Positions 41,001-52,769 of a stretch of DNA of 64,000 nucleotides are shown here, in pieces. The translations under genes and the position numbers were made by a program. This DNA is from Antechinus flavipes (taxonomy: Eukaryota). Below the pieces are notes generated by a model that worked only from the letters and a program-made list of their open reading frames with translations, was not told the origin of the DNA and ran no database searches. The DNA lies in contig NC_067398.1 of assembly GCF_016432865.1 (NCBI RefSeq), forward strand, positions 334,242,001 to 334,306,000, in the 5' to 3' direction. Every line of letters starts with the position of its first letter. Position 1 is the first letter of the stretch.

Positions 41001-44000
41001 GGATAGGTGCATACAGAGATAAAGACACACACGCACAAAGTGCCAAAACACAGATATCTCACCTGCTCTCTGAACTTTGATCCCTGCTCCAAAGCCTGGA
41101 GGAAAGACAGATACAAGGAAGAAGTGAGGGTGATTCATCAGGTAGACAACTCAGTCATCTTTTCTTCTTCCTCAGTTCAACACACCACATCCTAGAATTC
41201 CTTTACTCCCCCTAAGCCATCTCTCCTGCCTGGGCCCAACCAGTACAAGGCCCATAGCAGAAGACAAAAGGAGGGGAAGAAGGAGAGAAAGAGAAACAAC
41301 GTCTCTGGAGCAAAGAGATTGTGGAGAAGTGCTCTGGGGCAAGAAGCATTTGGAGTGGATTATGAGGTGTTTGAAGAGATTCTATAAGATCTAACTTCGA
41401 GCTCCAAGGAGCTTTATCTTATCTAAACCTGAGTTTTCCCTCAGACCTAGAACAGTGCTCCAAATATAGGGGAAGCTTAATAAATATCTGTTGAATGAGT
41501 AAATAAATAAAGGTTCTGAGATGGGAAGAAGTAGGGAGAAGGGCTTTGGAGAACAGAGAGACTTGAGGAAATAGACTTTGGGGGAAGAAGTTTGAGAAGG
41601 AAAAAGAAACCAGAAGTAAAGATAAGAGGAGAAAGAGAGAAAACTTAGGGAGAAACAGAATAGGGAGCTTCCTAAATATCCCTTCACTTTCAATGCACAG
41701 GATTACTACTCTGATAGATTATTGCAGCCTAATTCACTCTACGTCCAACCTCTTCTCCCTAACCCATCCTCCACAGTTTAACAACTGTTTAACAAGAACA
41801 GACTTGACATGCCATTTCCCCACTCAACAACCTCTAGAGGCTCCTTATTTCTATATTCAAATACAAGCTCGTTTGGCATTTAAATCCCTTTAGAACTTGA
41901 GACCAAACTACTCTTCTTAGACATTCTGTCTATTACTTCCTTTACAAACTCTTCATTCCATCCAAACTGACCTAGTTTTATCCTGCAGAAGATATTGCAT
42001 CTTTCACTCTCATTTCTCTCATCTCTGTCATCTCTCTATTTTTCTCTGTCTCTATTTCTTTTTTTCTCATCTTTTTCTGCCCCTTCTCTCTCTCATCCCT
42101 CTCTTCTCTTTCTCATTTCTCTTGTCTCATCTCTTTCCTTTTCTTTTCTCTCTTTTATCTCTCTCATCTCATTTTTCTCACCTCTTTTTCATCTTTCTTA
42201 TTTCTCTTTCATGTGTCATCTTTCTTCCTCTCAGTCTCTTATCGCTCTCATCTCCTTTTCTGTCCCTTCTCTCCTTTCTCTTAATATTTCTCATTTTTCT
42301 TATTGTCTCTCATCTCTCTTCTTTCTCTGTCTCTCTCTCCTTTTCCCCCTCCCTCTGTAATATTGCTCCCCTGAGAGAATATAAACTCCATTGGGGAAGG
42401 AACTTTCACTTTTGTCTTTTTGTCCCCAGAACTTAGTCCAATGCCAGGAACAAAGTAAGCAATTAATAAATGCTTGATTGATAGAAGTATTAGAAAGAGT
42501 CACAAAAAGATTATAGGAGGCAGAGAAGAAAAGGAGAGATATAGAAAAGGAGATACCAACTTTGGAGAGAGAGTTCTTTTTACCTGCTTTCTGAGGCTTG
42601 GTCCCTGCTCCAAATCCTGAAGACACATCAGGGAGAAAGTGAATGGGAGTCAACCCCAGTTCTTGACTCCTCAAATCTCTCCCTCACTCCCACCAACAGC
42701 ATTCCCCCTTAATTCTTTCCCCACATTCTCTCTGCCTTCTCCAAACACAAAATCTCAGCCCTTTTTCTCTCTCATTTCAACTTTCACTCTCCTTTCATTC
42801 TGACAAACCAACTCTACTGGAACCCAGTAAGACAACTGTAAGACACCCCAGTTGTCTTACTCCCACCTCCATCCAGGTCTCTAACCTATTTGGATCCTAG
42901 CCATTCTGAGTTCTTCAATGGGAAGAAGGGGGTAAAGCCAAGTTGCAGATGAGGCAGGCTAAAAAGGGGCCTGAAGGTCTGATGATCAATGTTTCACCTG
43001 GGTCTAGAGACCCAGATTGGAGTAGGGGAAGGGAATTGGGAAGTGGATAGAGTTTGGGGCAAGAACTGAGAAATAGGCCTCTGTTAGTGCTGGATGAGAT
43101 TAAGGGTTAGGATTAACCTGTAAAGTAAAAACTTCTTTATATAAGGACTTTTTCATTTTGTCTTTGTATCCTCAGTACCTAGTACTTTTTTGGTGCTTAA
43201 TAAATACATGAAGAAATAAACGCAAACACAGATAGGGATATTAATTCATTTTTATGGAGCTTCCCTTCCCTTTTCATTGAGGCAATTGGAGTTAAGTGAC
43301 TTGCCCAGGGTGACCCAGCTAGTAACTTTCTGAGGTCATATTTGAAGGTTATATTTGAACTCAGAGTCCTCCCAACTCTAGGGCCAGTAATTGTTCTACT
43401 GCACCACATAGTTAATCCAGCCCTTTCCTTCTTAAGCCCAAGTTTCCTATCATCCAGTTCTGCTTTCTGTATTTCTCATCCTCTTGCTCAGTTTCCATTC
43501 TTACCACAAGCAAATTGCCTACAAATCATTACAGTTTGCCTGTTCCCTCTTATATCCCATTGGCTTCTGAGAAACCTGACAACCCAGCCCCTAGTTCATA
43601 TCACCTGGTGGGCTTCAGGTCCTGGAAAGCCCCCATGTCCTAGCCCATTCCCATATCCTGGAGAGATAGAGAAAAAAAGATCAGAATGGGACCCTTGAGA
43701 ACAGGGAGATTGGAATCTACAATTATTGGTGTGGGAACTGGACTCTTTGGGGAGTTTGGGGGACAGGGAGGGGGAAGGAGCTATATGGCACCTATCCCAA
43801 CCCTACTTCTACTTCCTGAAATAAACCAGGTCTTATTATCACAGGAGGTCTGTGGAGCCAACTTTTCAAGTATATCCCAAAAGAAAGCACGAGGAAAAAA
43901 TTTCGGACTACAGTATAGGAGTTGGGGGTTGGGGGCTGGGTGGAAGGGAAGGAAAAGAGGAACCATGGTGATAGAGTAAGAAAGACATAGAAGTAGAAAC

Positions 44001-47000
44001 AGAAATAGGGAGAGACCAAAGTTAGAAAGACAGATATGGAAGACGGAGAATTCTCACCTATTTTCTGAGGCTTCGTTCCCCCTCCTAGCCAAGGGAATTA
44101 AGGAAAAAAGAGGAGACAAGGAAGTTGAAAAGGGACTGATGTTGTTCCATCTTCCTTCTTGGTACCCAGGATGGATCCTTTCCCAATACTTCTCCTCTCC
44201 ACCTGAACCCACCAATCTCACCCCCCAATCCCTAAATTTTCCCCACCAATCTTTTATTACCCCCTGATGACTCAGTTATTACAACCCTCAGTTCCCCTTA
44301 CCTGACTGAACTCCAACTCCAGGGAAGACCCCATTTCCCAGCCCATTTCCATATCCTGGAGACATAAGTTGATGGGAAAGAAAGGATTTAGGGAAAGAAA
44401 TAAATCCAGGGAGAGACAAATGGAGAAAGGAAGGCAAGAGAAAAACAGAAAAAGGAAGAAAAAGACAAAGTGATACAGTGAGAATCAGGAATAAAGGACA
44501 AATTCAGGAGAGAGACTATGGGCCTGGGATTTGCTGAGATGGAGGAAACAGAGGGAGATAACTGAAGGAGACAGAGACATAGAGAGATCATGGGAGAGGT
44601 CTCACCTGGTTTCTGAGGCTTGGTTCCAGCTCCAAGGCCTGAGGAGAAAGGTTGGTAAAAACTAAGAGGTAAAGCTGTCTGTAGTCTCTAAATCTCTGCC
44701 AGAAACCTAAGCATCTGTTCTCCAGCTCCATCTTACTCCTCTCTGTTTCATACCTTATAGATTGAGGGAGAAGTAGGAAGGGGAAAGATAGCAAGGGTTC
44801 ACATTGATGTTAGAATGAGTGTGAGACATATTAGATCTAAGATTAGATCTAAGGTATTAGATCTAGATTATTATTGAGACATACTGATCTAAGAGTGAGT
44901 CCAGAGCTTATCTATCTCAAGGAGGTTCTGAAGCCCCAGACCAAGTGAGAAGCCAGGGGAAGACACAGAGAATGCCAAACTACCCATGGTGGGGGGATCC
45001 ACTTAAATCACTGCCCCATACCTCCTGGAGCCCCTAGCAGACTCATTGGTGCAGCATCTCTGTCTGGGAAGAGTCCTGGTCTGGAAGCTAGCCGACTTGG
45101 CTCTGAACCTGAATCCTGACTTGACTGCTTCCCAGTTGTGTGACCTCAGAAAGGCCTTCTTTGGGCCTCAACATCTCCAAATATTCAGTGACTGTGAGTC
45201 ACTTATGTATTATGGGATTCCTAAGTTCAGACCCTGCTCCAGAAGGAATCCTGAGGACAATGACAAGAGACCTAGCAAGGAAAGAGTAAGAATGGGAAGT
45301 ACAGAGCTCAGGTTTAATTAAGAGTAAACTTCCCTCCTTAAATACCAGTTTTTATGCCTCACCTTTTCTAGCTCTGCTCTCCAGATTCTTCACAATACAA
45401 GCTACTCTGAGCCCTAAATCTTGTCAACTCCTCCTAGCATCCTTCAAAAAACTTAAGCAATTCCAGGCCCCAGACCCATGTTTTCTCACCTGGCTGGGCT
45501 CCAGCTCCTGGGAAAGCCCCATTACCCAATCCATTTCTATATGCTGGGGAAACAGAAGGAAGAGATTGAGTTATGGGACTTTCAGAGAACAGAGAGATTT
45601 CAAACTGGAGGTTGGTTGTGGGTAGAGCCAAAAGTGCATGGGGATGGAACATAGAACCCTAGGAGAGGAATGAACTAAGAGCTATCCCCCAGAGCCTAGT
45701 TGGCTTGACTAAACCCAGCATAGAGAGGTTAGGGAAGAGGGTCAGAGCAGGCAGATGTTGGGATAGTGGGATTATCCTGTGCAAAAATAGGGACAGATAA
45801 GATTAGTAAAAGGGGAAAAAAAAACAAAGAGGAGACAGACAGGCTCACCTGATTTTTGAGGTTTCATTCCCCCACCAAGGCCTGTGGAAAGACAAAGAAG
45901 CTGAGAAATGGTTTATGGCTTTTCCCCATCTTCTTCTCCAAGAACTCAGGATCTCAGTCCCGAATCCCTGGACCATCCTTCTGAAACCCAGCAGATATCT
46001 TCCATTTCTCAGCCCTAACTCTGAAAATCCAGGCATCCCAGCTCTTACTCCCTCACACCTGGCTGGGCTCCAGCTCCAGGGAAGACTCCTGCTCCAAGTC
46101 CATTCCTGTATCCTAGAAAAGCAACATTGTTTAAAAATTGTATTATTGAGGACAGAGGAAATACTAAAATAGAGGGGGAGCTACTGAAGAGAGTCTGCAG
46201 GAGAGACAGAAGAAATATAAAGTAAAAAGTTCTCACAATTGCCTTTGGAGTTTTCAATTGTACCCTGACCCATTCCCTCCACCCAGGACCACCAGGAAAG
46301 ACAGGAGAGGCAGAGATGAAGAAGGTAAGCATTTCAACCCTACTCCCACACCCCTGGAATGCATCTATCTCTTCCTCCAGCAGCACCCTCCAGACATGCA
46401 TTATGCTCTCTCTCTACCCCTCCAGGCCCTTCTTACTTGCTCCATAACCATTCTGAGCCCCAGCCCTGCTTGGGGAGGAGGGACAAATGAAGTCAGGCTG
46501 GGAATGGGACTATGGGGAAGAATTTGAGGAAGGGTGAGGCCAGAAAGGGCTGAGGATGAGCACTAGAAGCTGGGCTGGTGATGAAAAGATGGATGGAGAA
46601 TTTGGAGACTAAGAGATGGGCCTTTTCTTTTTTGGAGGTGAAACAGGGGGTGTTGGCTATTCTACTTGACCTTTGGGCTCCCCCATAACAGAGACATGCA
46701 CAGATACACAAAAGCAATCAGATACACAAACACACATCTACACAAACATATGGACTACAGAGGAACTCACAAACACAGAACAGACTCACACTCACCAGCT
46801 TTTGTTTCAGGGCCCTGGGGTCCAGCCCCTGCTCCATTGGGAGCCCCTGAGCAAGAGATGAGACCCAGTCCTGTCTTGAGGGGACTTGGAGAACTACCCT
46901 AAGAGCTCTTCCCTCTCCAAGAAACAGCCAGAATCCTTGTCCCCGCCCCCTTCGAATCTCTCCCCGCCCTCCAATGTGTTTCTCTACTAAAGGCAAAGTG

Positions 47001-50000
47001 TTCTCTTATTTTCTTTTCTCAGCCTGGTATTCTTTTGGGGTGGGAACATGCAAAGTCCTTAGGGAGGGGGTAAATTTGATGGAGAAAGCTGGGGATTAGT
47101 TATGAGCCTTGGGAGTCTAGAAATCAGGCTGGCCTGAAAAGGGATTACAGAAACATTTAACAAATGCTTACTGCGTAAAAGTCCTTGTAGTAGGCAATGG
47201 GCATACAAATACGAAAGTAAATTAATAATAACTGACACTTTTCATTTTGCAAGATACTTTGCCTGCTCTCTCATTTGATCCTCACAACCAACCCTATAAG
47301 GTTGGTACCACAGGCATGATTATTCTATTTACAAAAAAGTAAACTGAGATTTATAGGGGCTCAATGATTCATCCATGTTTATCCATAGCAATTGTTTGAA
47401 GCAGAAAAATTTTTGATTAGAGAAATGACATGAACAAAATTGTATAGGAGAATTACTCAGACATGTGAGTGTCGAGGTCGGGAGTAAACAGATTGATGGG
47501 AGGTGGGTAGGTATCATTGAATCAACAATACCAGGGTCATAGAATCCGAGATTCAAAAAGTATAAAAATAGAAAGGAAGCTTAGGGATCACCTAAACTAT
47601 AGAATAGAAGTGATTTACCCAGGAGCATTAAAGTGGCAGCGCAGGACTAGAACCTGAGTCCCTGACTGACTTTCAGACTACTGTATCATAGTTGGATCTA
47701 TTGAGATTGGAAGGGAAAGGTTTATACGTGTGTGTGTGCGCGCGCGCTGAAAGGGAAGGGAAGTTTGCATTGAGATAGAGAGAAATTAGACCTAAGAAAC
47801 TTGTGTGTCTTCTCAACTCCAAGCTTCTCTTCCTCTATGTCATCTCCCACTTCCTCATACCAAACCTGTTTATCTTTCAAGGTCCATCCCTAGCCCAACC
47901 TCTTATTCATTCATTCAATATTGAGTGCCTATTATATATAGGTGAGATTCTTTTTTCCAGGAAGCTTTCTTTTTCTTTTCTTCCTTCTTTCCTTCCTTCC
48001 TTCTTTCCTTCTTTTCTTTCTTCCTTTTTTCCTTTTTTCCTTCCCCTCCCCACTTCCTATTATTCTCTGGACAAATCATCTGGTACCAACTATATACTGT
48101 CTAGAATCCTATCTTTTCAAATAAAGTCATCTCAAGGAAGGGCCCCTTCATCCTCCTTCCTCAACCCTTTCAACATCCAGTAGTAGTAGGGCCAAGCAGA
48201 TAATAGGTATCAACTGTAACCTGGACTGGGCATGTTTTGAGCATACACAATTTGCCTATCATGGATTGCATTCTACTATACAGTGGATTTCACTCTCGAC
48301 AAACTGGGTGTGCTCAAAACATAGCGTAAGCTATACAAATAAAAGCTTTGTTGATCCACTAAGTGCATTAGTGTAAGGAAATTACTGGGGGCAGGGGTCT
48401 TTGTAAAGAAGATGTGACATAGTAAATCAGAGGGATTCAGGCTGGCACTTTCTCACAACTCATCTCCAATACCAATCTTCCCCCTGTTTCTAACATCCTC
48501 CACCAGGACTTTATGCTTCTCTCTGAATCCAGGCACCCAACATTTCTTCCCTCTGAAATGATTCCCCTTCCCCCTTCTTTGAATCCTTCTTTTCATTTTT
48601 TTCCTACACATTGCCTTACCTGTTCCATAGCCATTCGACAATGTGCCATAACCTATAGAAAGAGAGGATCAAGATTAGTGTGGTTAGAAAAAGTTCTGGA
48701 AATGGGGAAAACAGGAATTAGGATTCCCTAGGACTGAAAATTATCTGGTAAAGAGATTGAGCTAGAAAGAAGGCTGGGATTGCTGGGCTTTGAGTATGTA
48801 CCAATAGGAAAAAGGTTAGAATTCTGTCTCTGCTTCTTGATGGCTAATGTAGGGCTTCTTAAACTTTTTCCATTCACCCAAGAAATTTTTATGTGATCCC
48901 AAGGATATATATGATATATGAAATAGGTATACAAATCAAATATTTGTTGATAACAAATCATAAAGAAATTTATTTTAAAACAATTCTTTGATATAAAAAT
49001 AATTTTCCATTTAATAAAAATGAAAGCAAATTTGCATATTATTGAGATGAATGTGCTTGTGTATTTTTTCATAAAGAATTAAATCATGGCAGAATATTTG
49101 GTACTTTTTGCTATTGCCAAATTTTTTGAGGTCTCCACATTCAGTTATGTGACCTCATGTGGGATTGAGACCCATAGTTTAAGAAGCTTAGGCTATTGAA
49201 CATGGGGGAATATGAAGTTCTCAAGCATTTTATGGGAGAGGATGGAGGAGGTAGCAATTCTGGTTTTGAGCCATATAGGAAGCCTTTCTCCTGAAAACCT
49301 AAGGCCACCCATCAGCATGAATAGAAGAGAAAATGGCCTTGTGGACTCAAAAGTTTCACAGTTCTAAGTCTTTTCCCCTTGACTCTTCTTCTTACCTGCC
49401 TTTCCTGGTGGGATCCCAGCCCCAGCTCCAGGTCCTGCTCCTGGGGAAACCCCTGGGGACAAAAACTTTGTCAATATTGTAGTAAGAAAGGAAAAAAGAC
49501 TCCTTGTTCCCCTTGTTAGCATTCTGGGGACCTCTATGTTATTGCTTTCCAGGGTCTGTCTTTCCTTGGGGTCTTATTCTGCCCTTCAGCAGTATTTCAA
49601 GTTCTTTCTGTAGCTTTCCAAGGAGAAGAAAGATGTTAGGACAACTGGACTGAGAACTAAGTCCAAGTTGGCTGAGTCTATCCCCAAAATTGTGATCTTT
49701 AGTCAGTCTCTTTTCCCCTCTCCTCCATCTCAGTTTCTTCATTTGTCAAATGGGGATGATATATTAGACAGCACTGGCTCTGAATCTGGGTTCACATCTT
49801 ATCTGACAATTTCTTCTTGAATGACTTTGGGTCCCTTCCAGCTCTATGACCATATAAATCCTTGTCTTGCCTTTTTTCCCCTTACAATTGCATTATGATA
49901 AGATAATGGGTGGAAACACAAATGATATCCAGATTTTTCATCTAGATTTTCTGTAATTTCCCAGATTATTCCAGGGTTCCCTATGGCTTCCCAAAACATT

Positions 50001-51827
50001 CCAGTTAGCTTTCTTTACTTCATCTTTGCTCATAAAAATTGCCTTGTCTGGAAAATCCTCCATTATCTTCTCTGTCTATTCTTTTGCTACCCATTTTTGG
50101 AGACTTCAGATCATATTTCCAATTCCAGAAAGCTTCCGACCAGTCCAATTCAAGAAGCATTTACTAAAGTTTTAGCACATGCAAAAAGCAAATGCTGCTA
50201 GGTTTGGGGATGTGAAAGCAAAATGAAAAATAATCTCTATCCTAAAATTGTTTTCTATCTTAGTCCACATTAAGCTCCTTAATGAACTCCCTAAATAGTT
50301 AACAATCTGTAGCAAGTCATAATTATGATCTGTCTAGTATTTTTTTAATTATTTAGCATATGAATCTTGTTTCCCCAAGGAGATTGTAAATGCTTCAAGG
50401 AAAAAGCAGAGTTCTTCTATTCTAATTTCTTATCTCCTCTCTTTCTTCCCACTATTCCAGTGGCCACAAAAAAAAAACAAGTAATGAGGGTCCACGCACC
50501 CCAAGGAGTCAGGATGGATTCCAGAGGGTCTGTGACCTTGTTTTTAAAATATTTTGATAATTTTGTTTCAATATAATACTTTCCTTTGTAATCCTTTGTA
50601 AAATTTGTAATTTTATTTTCTGTTTTAAAAAATATCCTGAGATATCCATAAGTTTCACCAAACTGTCAAAGAGGTCCAGGGGAAAAAAAAAGAGGTTGAG
50701 AACCCCCAGTCTAAATAAATGCACACTAAGGCTGATGGTCTCCCTAAGCCCTATCCCTTCCAGCTTTAATTCTAACCAATTATATAAACATTTGCTAAGA
50801 CAATTGTTAAAACAATTTGTTAGTATTTGCAAGAACTGTTAACATTCTATGTTCTAAGATTCCCTTTCGTTTTAAGTGTGCTGATTCCATAGGTCATGTC
50901 TAATGGATAGGAAGGCCCCAGGGAAAGAAAAAATGAAAGACACAAGTCCTCTGTGCCCTACTCATCTTTTGGAGAGCTCCTCACTAGCTTTCCTGAACTG
51001 CACACCTAGAGACATTTCTAGGTGAAAGCTATCTGAAGATGAGGGGTGGAGGATAGAAGAAGCAGGTAGTGAAAGACTTTATGGTGTAATAAAAAGGGAT
51101 TTGAAAAAGAAGAAACGTGAGTTTGAATCCCATCTCTGACATTTACTACCTGCGTGATGTAACCTCTCAGAGGGTCAGTTTCTTCATTATAAAGTGAGGA
51201 TAGTACTCCTGTACTTCAAAGAGTTGTTGGAAAGCTCAAATGAGCTAGCAGCAGGAAAATCTTAAAAAGTACCATAGGGAATATCCCAAATATCTGAGCT
51301 AAAATTTTTGTTAACTATTCTCATTAATTAAGGGCAATTCTGCTTTTACTTCCACATAAATGGGACTGGGTTTTTCTGTTTATCTAATAAGGGGAAAGAG
51401 TGGTCTACCCTAAAAAAATAAATGGCTTGATCCTCAACTCCCCCCAAATCACTATCATCCAGTTCCCTGCAACTAAATGCTGGGTGAGTCACTCACCTTT
51501 CATATGGGTTGAGGAAAAGAACCATCCCATGATGCCGTTCCCCTGAGGGGCCAACCCTGGAGGAGAAAGGAATCTGATGATTCAAGAAAGAAGGAGAGCT
51601 GGGGCTGCTCAGATGAAAGCTTCTAATTTGTGCAACCCTTTGCCTTCTAGGCTAAGGCCCAGGCAGCTGACCTTTCCGCTTAAGCCTTCCTTTCTGGGAT
51701 TCCCATTTCCCTCCCAAGACCCAGGAAGCCTTCTGCTCAGACCCAGGCCCATTCCCTCACCGCCTTGCTGGCTTCCCTGGATCAGACAGAGCAGGAGCAT
51801 CGAGGTGGGGAAGACCCAGGAGCCCAT
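32027..51827 (-). CDS. GREP1: Glycine-rich extracellular protein 1 (calymmin-like secreted matrix protein), 29 in-frame exons, about 467 aa
   Basis: Exons (minus strand): 51827-51761 (signal peptide MGSWVFPTSMLLLCLIQGSQQG), 51556-51497, 49452-49396, 48652-48620, 46846-46796, 46112-46059, 45881-45849, 45543-45490, 44638-44606, 44355-44302, 44084-44058, 42616-42584, 41095-41063, 40941-40888, 40026-39937 (GPCNGGSIPALPPRPP...SEKGG), 39156-39127, 38877-38845, 38695-38642, 37844-37815, 37717-37688, 37538-37485, 36561-36532, 36347-36297, 36191-36147, 35826-35776, 34672-34535, 32699-32655, 32302-32249 (GGPDMKHNFNGFLGNGYR), 32052-32027 (GRCPPGKC*). All are GT-AG, all internal exons are phase 1-1, total 1404 nt. 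The N-terminus, KPQK repeats, GPCN exon and C-terminus match remembered human GREP1 (MGAWAFPAALFLLCL...KPQKPG...GRCPLGKC), and the position is syntenic. TATA-like TATTTAAAG at 51870-51878 and AATAAA at 31813-31818. The exon set may be incomplete. Confidence 0.88.
34920..35620 (+). mobile_element. L1 fragment (end of 5'UTR plus ORF1 coiled-coil N-terminus), antisense in a GREP1 intron
   Basis: A-rich text 'aaaagaatcttaaccatagaaaactactatg...gaccaaaacaccaactcagaggagg...caaataagagaagtagaagaaaaattgggaaaagaaatg...gtcaacagcttggaaaagg', typical of marsupial L1 ORF1 and interrupted by stops. Confidence 0.75.
41990..42360. repeat. CT-rich low-complexity tract
   Basis: About 370 nt of almost pure C/T with sparse A. 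It explains the spurious Ser/Leu/Phe ORFs in the track. Confidence 0.9.
48850..49191. mobile_element. Non-autonomous hAT-type DNA transposon (MITE)
   Basis: Terminal inverted repeat core GCTTCTTAAACT (48854-48865) / AGTTTAAGAAGC (49176-49187) around an AT-rich interior. Confidence 0.6.
50515..50712 (-). mobile_element. hAT/Charlie-type MITE copy (same family as 54650-54830, 56655-56870 and 60366-60546)
   Basis: Reverse complement of the 'GGTTCTCAACCT...TTTGACAGTTTGGTGAAAC...GGATTACAAAGGAAA...TTATCAAAATATTTT' pattern seen at 60366. Confidence 0.6.
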
Positions 51828-51844
51828 GATGCTGACAGGAGATT

Positions 51845-51880
51845 GAAAGGGGCATGGAGTCTCTTGGCCCTTTAAATACC
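51845..51880 (-). promoter_or_regulatory. GREP1 core promoter, TATA-like box
   Basis: GTATTTAAAGGG on the minus strand, about 45 nt upstream of the signal-peptide ATG (51827). Confidence 0.55.
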
Positions 51881-52769
51881 TTTTGTGGGCTGTGTCCACA
51901 CAAAGTCACATCCTCAAATCCCTCGACCTTCTTCTGGCTCAGATCACCTCCCCCTCCCCTTTCCCTTTGGCTTTGAATGTCACTAAACAGTGTTTCTCCC
52001 CATGGAAGCTACCACAACCTCCCCCTTCTCTACACACAATCCTGCTCCACAGTTCCACATACTGGCTGCAAGCCCTGACCTGCCCCTAATCTATCAAGGA
52101 TGTTGACAGCTGGGACAGCCCCTCTCTCCCCCAAGGCTTCATTACCCCCTGTCAGCCCTGGCCTTGGGCTCCAGTTCTTACTGGCTAGGAACCAGGAGAG
52201 CTCAAATGTCCATTCCTCCACCCCCCACCCCAGCATCAAGAAAAGAGCTGGAGGGGAGCCCCAGAGTTGAGTACAAACTCAGCTAGGACCTGGCTCTGGC
52301 CTGGAGACAGACTCCAGAGGGCTGAGTAGGGGGTAGCACCGGGGATGCTAGAGAGCTCCACAGAAAGACAAACAAAAGAGCTTCAGATCGAAACTGTGAC
52401 AGAATGAGACAGAAACAAAATACAGACAGACTTACTAACAACAAACTAGAGACAAAGTGTCACATGGGAAACATTGATACAAAGACAAAAAGTGTTCAGA
52501 GACAGAAAGAGAAATAGATACAAAGGCAGAGATGGAGAGAAAAGAAAAAGAGAGATGGGGGAAGAGGAAACAGATATGAGCATCCAAAACAGACATAGCA
52601 GAGAAAGGCTAAGACAAAAGAGCAGAAACAGAAATAGATACTACAGAACTAAAAGAGACAGAAGCAAAGAAACAGTAAGAGTCATAAGAAGACTGACTCT
52701 CATCCTCATTCCATCCTCATGGGCAAATAGAAATTGCACAATTGGAGGTAACACCTGGACAGAAGAATT

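Noticed and set aside
41995-42436. Hydrophobic 104-121 aa ORFs that look like membrane proteins
   Set aside because: Translations of a CT-rich low-complexity tract.
37600-45260. Additional faint exon-like relics (about 37610-37635, 41225-41260, 44915-44945, 45205-45250)
   Set aside because: Each lacks a valid acceptor or donor, and similarity to the cassette exons is too short to separate from chance.
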